From the NCBI GenBank assembly GCA_050013255.1, contig JBEKFP010000002.1, positions 160,001 to 224,000 on the forward strand: a stretch of DNA of 64,000 nt, in the 5' to 3' direction. This DNA comes from Candidatus Bathyarchaeia archaeon. Lineage in GTDB: Archaea > Thermoproteota > Bathyarchaeia > 40CM-2-53-6. Positions within the stretch are counted from its first letter, which is position 1; each line of letters begins with the position of its first letter. Below the pieces are notes generated by a model. The model made no database searches and was not told the origin of the DNA. It saw only the letters and a program-made list of their open reading frames with translations. The translations under genes were made by a program, and so were the position numbers. Of this stretch, positions 58,125 to 64,000 are shown piece after piece.

Positions 58125-59567
58125 TTGTACTTACTCTCCCTACTAATCTTCATGCCCTTCATCGGCGCAATTGTCGTATACCTAGCGGGATATATAGGGG
58201 ATAAAGTCTCCAAAGCCCTGACGATTCTGATTTCCGCTACCACGATTGCAGTAGTGCTATTCATCTACTTTGCATTCAATTGGAGCAAGCCAGGGTTCCA
58301 ACTTGTCGAAACCTACGATTGGGCGCAGAGTTTCGGCCTGACCTACGTTGTAGGAATAGACGGCATCAGCCTACCCCTCCTGATTATCTCAACACTCCTG
58401 ACGACCTTGTCCGCTGCCGGGTCGTGGGAGCAGATCACTTCAAAGGTGAAAGAGTACAACGCATTACTCCTTCTCTTTCAAGGCGCAATAATCGGGGTGT
58501 TTACGTCCCTGAATCTTGTGGCCTTCTACGTATTCTGGGAACTTGTTCTAATCCCGATGTTCTTCTTCATCGGCGTGTGGGGTGGGCCACGCAAGAAATA
58601 TGCCGCAATGAAATTCCTCATAATGACACATGTGGGAAGCATTTTGCTACTCCTGAGCTTCATAGCACTCTATGTTGTCTCAACCCCCCACACTTTCAAC
58701 TTCATGGATCTCATGAATCTGCATCTTCCTCTACCTATGCAAATCCTGATTTCGCTTGGCTTTTTCATTGGGTTCGGCGTCAAGCTCCCCATAGTTCCGT
58801 TTCACACTTGGTTACCTGACGCCCACGTCGAAGCCCCTGCCCCCATTAGTGTCCTACTCGCAGGTTTGCTCCTGAAAATGGGAGCGTATGGTTTCATCCG
58901 GATGAATCTCTTCCTTATGCCCGAAGCCTCCAAGTTCCTCGCCCCGGTATTCATCGGTTTCGCACTTCTCACGATGTTCTATGGGGCTATCGTAGCGCTG
59001 GTTCAGCAGGACTTCAAGCGAATGGTCGCTTTGACGAGCATAAATCACATGGGCTACGTCCTCCTCGGAGCTTTCACGCTGACCACGGCGGGAATTAGCG
59101 GCGCTGTCTTCCAAATGTTCAACCATGCCTTGGCGATCGGAGCATTGTTCCTGATGTCGGGAGTAATTCACGAACACATGGGAACACGTACTATCAAGGA
59201 ATTGGGTGGCCTCGGAAGCGCGATGCCTAAGACGAGTTTTCTGCTTGTACTCGCTTCCCTAGGTGCTATGGGCTTTCCGAGCTTCAGCAACTTCATCAGT
59301 GAATACACAATAATCATGGCTGGCATTTCCGTTAACCCCTTTTACGCGATAGCAGTGCTTGTTCCAGGAATTACGGCAGGTTACTTTGTGTGGATGCTGC
59401 GGCGGGTTCTGTTTGCGCCGCTAGCCAAGCCTATGGGATCAAGGGAGGCTCCGTACTATACTCTGATAACCCTAGCCGCATTCCTCATTCCCTTGATATT
59501 TCTTGGACTCTACCCGGCACCGCTGCTTGGTGTAATTCTTCCCGCCATCCAGTCCATACCGCATTAG
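58125..59567 (+). CDS. nuoM: Complex I-like subunit M (copy 2)
   Basis: FYVFWELVLIPM, PFHTWLPDAHVEAP...LLKMG. Confidence 0.92.
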   Translation: MYLLSLLIFMPFIGAIVVYLAGYIGDKVSKALTILISATTIAVVLFIYFAFNWSKPGFQLVETYDWAQSFGLTYVVGIDGISLPLLIISTLLTTLSAAGSWEQITSKVKEYNALLLLFQGAIIGVFTSLNLVAFYVFWELVLIPMFFFIGVWGGPRKKYAAMKFLIMTHVGSILLLLSFIALYVVSTPHTFNFMDLMNLHLPLPMQILISLGFFIGFGVKLPIVPFHTWLPDAHVEAPAPISVLLAGLLLKMGAYGFIRMNLFLMPEASKFLAPVFIGFALLTMFYGAIVALVQQDFKRMVALTSINHMGYVLLGAFTLTTAGISGAVFQMFNHALAIGALFLMSGVIHEHMGTRTIKELGGLGSAMPKTSFLLVLASLGAMGFPSFSNFISEYTIIMAGISVNPFYAIAVLVPGITAGYFVWMLRRVLFAPLAKPMGSREAPYYTLITLAAFLIPLIFLGLYPAPLLGVILPAIQSIPH

Positions 59568-59568
59568 A

Positions 59569-60024
59569 CTACATCCTTTGCAACTGCTGAACGAATCGGT
59601 CAACGTCGATATCGGCGAGCACTTTCGACGGGACTTCCAGGTTCTTCGCGACTTCCTGGCTCACGGTTATGGTCGGGCCAATCCACTTGGAACCGTATGC
59701 GTGAACTCTGAAGGATTCCACCATCCCAGCGTAGAAAAGTTCGTCGGATGGCGGTGTGGGAGTATCTGATAGGGCGTCTCCACCGAACTGGATTATGAAA
59801 AGGAGACCCCCCACTTGGCTTGCGAGGCTGTAATGGAGATACAGTTTCGCACGGAAGTGGACGCTGAAACGACCGGACTGTTCCCTCGCTCTGAAATCAA
59901 GGATTTCAGTGTAAGGTGGCTTCAGCTGGTAAGCCAGTTGGTCCGCAATATCCCTTAGAGCCGTAGTTAAGGCTGTAAGAGATTTGCTTTCCAGGGCTTC
60001 CTTGAATTCCGTGACGCCCTGCAT
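59569..60024 (-). CDS. Hypothetical protein downstream of atpK
   Basis: ATG 12 nt after the atpK stop, same strand. Confidence 0.6.
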   Translation of the reverse strand: MQGVTEFKEALESKSLTALTTALRDIADQLAYQLKPPYTEILDFRAREQSGRFSVHFRAKLYLHYSLASQVGGLLFIIQFGGDALSDTPTPPSDELFYAGMVESFRVHAYGSKWIGPTITVSQEVAKNLEVPSKVLADIDVDRFVQQLQRM

Positions 60025-60035
60025 AACGTCGAGGC

Positions 60036-60374
60036 CTAGATCCTCGAATAGATGATGAAGAACATCGCGAGGCCGTATATCGCGATTGCTTCAATCAAGA
60101 CGACGAACAATAGGGTTCTGCCGAGCATTTCCGGTTTCTCTGCTATGGCTCCAATAGCTGCTGCGCTTGCGGTACCTAGGCCAATTCCTGCACCGCAGGA
60201 CGCTAAGCCAGCAGCAATCCCCGCGCCGACTAGGAATAGTCCTTTCTCGCTCGCGAGTGCTTGGTCAGTCTGTGCGGGGCTTTGGGAGAATGCTACAACT
60301 ACCATCGAGGAAATCGCAATTACACCCACTAACATCAACAGGAAGCTCAACATAAGTTGGCGTTTGGGCTTCAC
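60036..60374 (-). CDS. atpK: A/V-type ATP synthase subunit K (c): single hairpin with N-terminal leader
   Basis: GAGIGLG, AEKPE, IEAIAIYG. Confidence 0.93.
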   Translation of the reverse strand: MKPKRQLMLSFLLMLVGVIAISSMVVVAFSQSPAQTDQALASEKGLFLVGAGIAAGLASCGAGIGLGTASAAAIGAIAEKPEMLGRTLLFVVLIEAIAIYGLAMFFIIYSRI

Positions 60375-60436
60375 TACTGCTCAGCACCTATCGATTCCGC
60401 TAAGAACTTGCATCGCATTATAATCCTTTGCTTAAC

Positions 60437-61462
60437 TCAACCAGTACGTAGAATCAAGGATTCCAACACTCGATCCGCGGGCACATTGTTTGCTTTGCCG
60501 TTTAGTATGCTAAAGAAGTCGTGCAGCTCGTAATTTTTGAGAAAGAGAAAGGCCAATGCTAGTCCAACGTTGAAAGGTGACCCCGCGAAAGCGTTTAGGC
60601 AGGTATTTGCGTGGCTTCGATTAAGTGCGCGTTCAACACCCACAGCAGCACCATCCATGGGCCCTAGCCCCTGTGCGGAATGGGCGTACGGCGTCTTGTC
60701 AAGCACCCGGATCAAGTTCTGTGCATTCGTGGCCTCGCTAAGTTCGGCATATGCGTGGCCCAGTCCGTAGTTCACAGGGATCATCATATCTAAAGTGGAC
60801 CTCGCATCGAGACCTATCAATCGAGCCCGAAAGGACAGGAGAATGTTCAGATGGTCAATCACTTCTCCCACCAATCCTCTCGCAGATTGGGCGTCCAATG
60901 GGTCGGGTAGATTTGATGCCGCCCACAATCTGCTGTAGTAATATTGGTCCACTGTCGCTACTGCGAGCATTCCTCCCCTTTCGCCTGTTAGCTTTGGGAT
61001 TATGAAGCGTTTGAGGCCTTCGTCATCAAGAGTTTCGATGACCCTGCTTGGGTTATGTGATTCGATGAGCTCTTTGCACTTATCAAGTGTGAACTTTCCC
61101 GCAGGCACAATATGTCGAATTGCCTCTTCAGGGTCAATTTGATCAGCAATCGACTTGAGTATGTCCTTGACGCAAGTTAATTCGTGTGAAGCCGCGAATA
61201 ATTTGATTAGGCCGCGCGAGTCGTGAGGGGCGTACGCCGTCAACCTATGCGTAATTTCGATGATGTTCTGAATTAGGTAAGACTCTATTGAGGTTAGGTC
61301 AGAGGTGTCGGCACTCGTCACATTCCCGCGGGTAAGCACGTTAACGGTTTCGGAAAGGGAACCAGCTTCCATAAGCCGATCGATTTGGCTTGGACGTATG
61401 AGTTCAGCTTTGAAGGAACGGACAGCGGCCGCTAGCTCGGCGTACCTTCCAGCTGCTGTCAT
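60437..61462 (-). CDS. atpC: A/V-type ATP synthase subunit C
   Basis: Y....VRSFKAELI; ID..NILL.FRA; operon context. Confidence 0.8.
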   Translation of the reverse strand: MTAAGRYAELAAAVRSFKAELIRPSQIDRLMEAGSLSETVNVLTRGNVTSADTSDLTSIESYLIQNIIEITHRLTAYAPHDSRGLIKLFAASHELTCVKDILKSIADQIDPEEAIRHIVPAGKFTLDKCKELIESHNPSRVIETLDDEGLKRFIIPKLTGERGGMLAVATVDQYYYSRLWAASNLPDPLDAQSARGLVGEVIDHLNILLSFRARLIGLDARSTLDMMIPVNYGLGHAYAELSEATNAQNLIRVLDKTPYAHSAQGLGPMDGAAVGVERALNRSHANTCLNAFAGSPFNVGLALAFLFLKNYELHDFFSILNGKANNVPADRVLESLILRTG

Positions 61463-61489
61463 GTCTACTTTTAGCTCGCTGGGGCGCGC

Positions 61490-62107
61490 TCATTCCCCGA
61501 AGAGTAGCTTTCCTGCTTCCATAAGGAGCTTCGACTCCAAAGCCTCAAAGCGTTCGTCAAAAGTGTTTACTATTCGCGTTTTACCGTCGTTGCTGGAAAT
61601 GACCGCACCGCCCAGGGCTTCAATTGGCTCTTTTGACCATTCAATTCGGACTGGCTTTTGCATCCGTTTGGCGAGCTCACGTTCAAGCTTGCTAGCATCA
61701 ATTCGCTTCAGGTCAGCGGCATTCAGGTGCACGGTGACGTTCTCAAGGCCGAGTTCACGAATCCCAATTTCAACGTAACCTGCCAAGTAGGGCAAGTACT
61801 TGCCCTCATCGTTCACAACCTCAGTAACGCGTTTCCTTGTCGACTCAAGGACCTCTGACAATATCTTACTTTTTTCCACTTGCTCCTGAAGATTCAATCG
61901 ATGCCGTACTTCACTCATCTCTCGCCGTCTGACCGCCTCCGCCTCCGTTTGCGCATTATGAATTATGTCGTCAGCTTCCCTCGACATGTGGGATTTGGCT
62001 TCCTCGAAGGCATGTTGCGTCTCGGTCTCTGCTTCCTTGACTACCTGGTCTGACCTTTCCTTGGCGACTGTTAGAATGTCCTCTGTGAACTTTCTGGTCT
62101 CGGACAC
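61490..62107 (-). CDS. atpE: A/V-type ATP synthase subunit E
   Basis: N-terminal coiled coil; LGGAVISSNDG...NTFDERF. Confidence 0.88.
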   Translation of the reverse strand: MSETRKFTEDILTVAKERSDQVVKEAETETQHAFEEAKSHMSREADDIIHNAQTEAEAVRRREMSEVRHRLNLQEQVEKSKILSEVLESTRKRVTEVVNDEGKYLPYLAGYVEIGIRELGLENVTVHLNAADLKRIDASKLERELAKRMQKPVRIEWSKEPIEALGGAVISSNDGKTRIVNTFDERFEALESKLLMEAGKLLFGE

Positions 62108-62430
62108 TATGTCTGACCCTCCAAAACCAAACTAACGAGTTTGTCGACAGCAGGGCCCTTCTTTGCCGAAGCTTTCGAAACGACCTGCCTTGTTTTCTGT
62201 CCTGCTTCTTTTTCATAAACCGCCGCCTGGAGTTTCCCATCATGCTGTGCATGTTCAATAATGGCCGCGGCCTCCTTCCTAGCTGACTTCAGAATCTCCT
62301 CCCTCTCCCGCTTGATACGCGTATCCAGCTCCTTGCGTATCTCCGTCGCCTTCGCATGGGCTTTCTGTAGCATTTCCGCCGCTTCTTTCTCGGCGTTGAC
62401 TATTATTTTGACCGTCTCGATCCCTGACAT
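62107..62430 (-). CDS. A/V-type ATP synthase subunit H/G
   Basis: Ala/Glu/Lys-rich coiled coil (IVNAEKEA) directly upstream of atpE. Confidence 0.75.
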   Translation of the reverse strand: MSGIETVKIIVNAEKEAAEMLQKAHAKATEIRKELDTRIKREREEILKSARKEAAAIIEHAQHDGKLQAAVYEKEAGQKTRQVVSKASAKKGPAVDKLVSLVLEGQT

Positions 62431-62560
62431 CGATTATTCACGCGTTTCTGGAAGTCGCCATGAAACACGGAGTCAATAAGAAAAACGTTTGCTATCTCAC
62501 TGCGAAACGTTATTTACGTGAAGGAAATTCACCTATGACGTTCTTGGAAAGGCGAAACTG

Positions 62561-64000
62561 ATGCAGCTGACGACGGCCCTCCTACTCTTTACACTCCCCT
62601 TCTTCAGCATCCTTGTCCCGCTAATCCAGGGGCTGTCGAACAAAATTCATGTCCGCTCTCTTGTTCCCTACTGGTCAATCGCAGGGTTGCTCCTAACCCT
62701 TGGTGCAATAGCAGTCATCCTCACACAAGGCTTCCCGCAGGCTCAGTTAATTCTTAACGTTCTCTCCATAGACGGGTTTTCTGTTTACTTCTCTGCCATC
62801 TTTGTCGGTATCACGTTGCTCATTGGGGTCGCTTCAATCTACTACATGCGTGGAAACAAGAACCTCGACACATACTTTGCGCTGCTCCTACTCGCCACCT
62901 TTGGCATGATTTTAGTCTCCCTCTCGGTTGATCTGATCGCCTTGTTTCTTGCTTGGGAGTTAATGAACATCCCAAGCTACGTGCTAACAGGAATCCAGAA
63001 AGATGACCCGATTTCGAACGAAGCCGCCCTGAAGTTCTTCATACTCAGCGCGTTATCATCAGCGCTAATCGTATACGCGATTTCCTTAACCTTTGGTATA
63101 ACCGGCACCACGAACATGTACCTTGTTGCACAGGGTATGGGGACCGCCCTTCCGAAGCTTGACCCCCTGGCGCTTCTCGCGATGGTCTTGTTCGTGGCAG
63201 GATTTGGTATGAAGGTCGCAGCTGTGCCCTTCCACATGTGGATTCCTGACGCTTACGAAGGAGCACCGATTACTATCGGTGCGTTCCTTGCCGCGGGAAC
63301 GAAGAACGGCGGTTTCGCGGCTCTCATCAGGGTTTTCACAGTTGCATTATTTGTGCTGCGCTTGGATTGGTCAGGTACGTTTGCGATAATAGCGATCTTG
63401 ACAATGACCCTCGGCAACGTCGCAGCCCTAATGCAGAAGAGTTTCACGAGAATGCTAGCGTACTCAAGCATTGCCCAGGCCGGTTACATACTCATAGGCT
63501 TAGCTGCGCCCAACCCGATCGGGATTGCGGGAGCGTTGTTTCATGTTTTGAACCATGGTGTAATGAAAACGGCTGCATTCATTGCGGCGGCCTCGGTCTA
63601 CAGCCGCCTCTCGACTACCTCACTTGATTCATACTCTGGTTTAGGAAAGAGGATGCCGATCACAGCCTTCACGCTTACGATTTCACTATTTGCCCTAGCC
63701 GGGGTTCCACCCCTAAGTGGTTTCATGAGTAAACTCGTCCTGTTCACAGCGGCTGTAGACGGCCAGCTGTGGTGGCTAGCTTTGGCCGGCGTCCTGAATA
63801 GCGCATTCTCAATGGCCTATTATGGCTGGGTGGTGAAGCGCATGTACTTCGACGAACCCACTGCAAGTAGTAGGTTGAAAGAGCCAACTTTGCTCGTCGC
63901 TGTGCTTGTTGTGTGTGTCATAATTATTGTCGCAGTGGGCGTGTACCCGGGCCCCATTCTGAACTACCTGTTCCAAGTGGCAAAGTACCTTGTGCCCACC
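62561..64000 (+). CDS. nuoN: Complex I-like subunit N (runs off the window end; not in ORF track)
   Basis: Frame from ATG 62561 contains SNEAALKFF, PFHMWIPDAYEGAP, RMLAYSSIAQAGY, LAGVPPLSGF. Confidence 0.9.
   Translation, partial: MQLTTALLLFTLPFFSILVPLIQGLSNKIHVRSLVPYWSIAGLLLTLGAIAVILTQGFPQAQLILNVLSIDGFSVYFSAIFVGITLLIGVASIYYMRGNKNLDTYFALLLLATFGMILVSLSVDLIALFLAWELMNIPSYVLTGIQKDDPISNEAALKFFILSALSSALIVYAISLTFGITGTTNMYLVAQGMGTALPKLDPLALLAMVLFVAGFGMKVAAVPFHMWIPDAYEGAPITIGAFLAAGTKNGGFAALIRVFTVALFVLRLDWSGTFAIIAILTMTLGNVAALMQKSFTRMLAYSSIAQAGYILIGLAAPNPIGIAGALFHVLNHGVMKTAAFIAAASVYSRLSTTSLDSYSGLGKRMPITAFTLTISLFALAGVPPLSGFMSKLVLFTAAVDGQLWWLALAGVLNSAFSMAYYGWVVKRMYFDEPTASSRLKEPTLLVAVLVVCVIIIVAVGVYPGPILNYLFQVAKYLVPT

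Noticed and set aside
62977-63627. Short track ORFs near the window end
   Set aside because: Shadows of nuoN, which the track omitted because it has no stop codon inside the window.
1-64000. CRISPR array, rRNA or intact transposase
   Set aside because: No regularly spaced repeats, rRNA signatures or transposase motifs seen by eye.

Overview
Archaeal chromosome segment, TACK-type and most consistent with Bathyarchaeia (inferred from crenactin, TFB, SUI1, archaeal PoK/PPAT, a single-unit EndA and many zinc-ribbon membrane proteins). Most of it is housekeeping and energy genes: sdhAB, glyS, endA, a DRG GTPase, tfb, fba/fbp/tpi, complex-I-like membrane subunits, and part of an A/V-type ATP synthase. 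The main points of interest are: (1) a tRNA-Gln(CUG) gene at 35548-35707 (-) that I can reassemble by hand only by removing four BHB-type introns; (2) a 917-aa protein with two CDC48-like AAA modules fused to a Lon protease domain, paired with a membrane protein; (3) a crenactin/arcadin-like operon led by an AbrB-fold gene; (4) a decayed island at the tRNA 3' end with an integrase-like remnant, a degenerate att-like repeat and HEPN-like genes; (5) a free-standing LAGLIDADG remnant; (6) a 1.5-kb structured non-coding region between a zinc-finger gene and a winged-helix gene. All family calls come from motif recognition by eye; no database searches were run.
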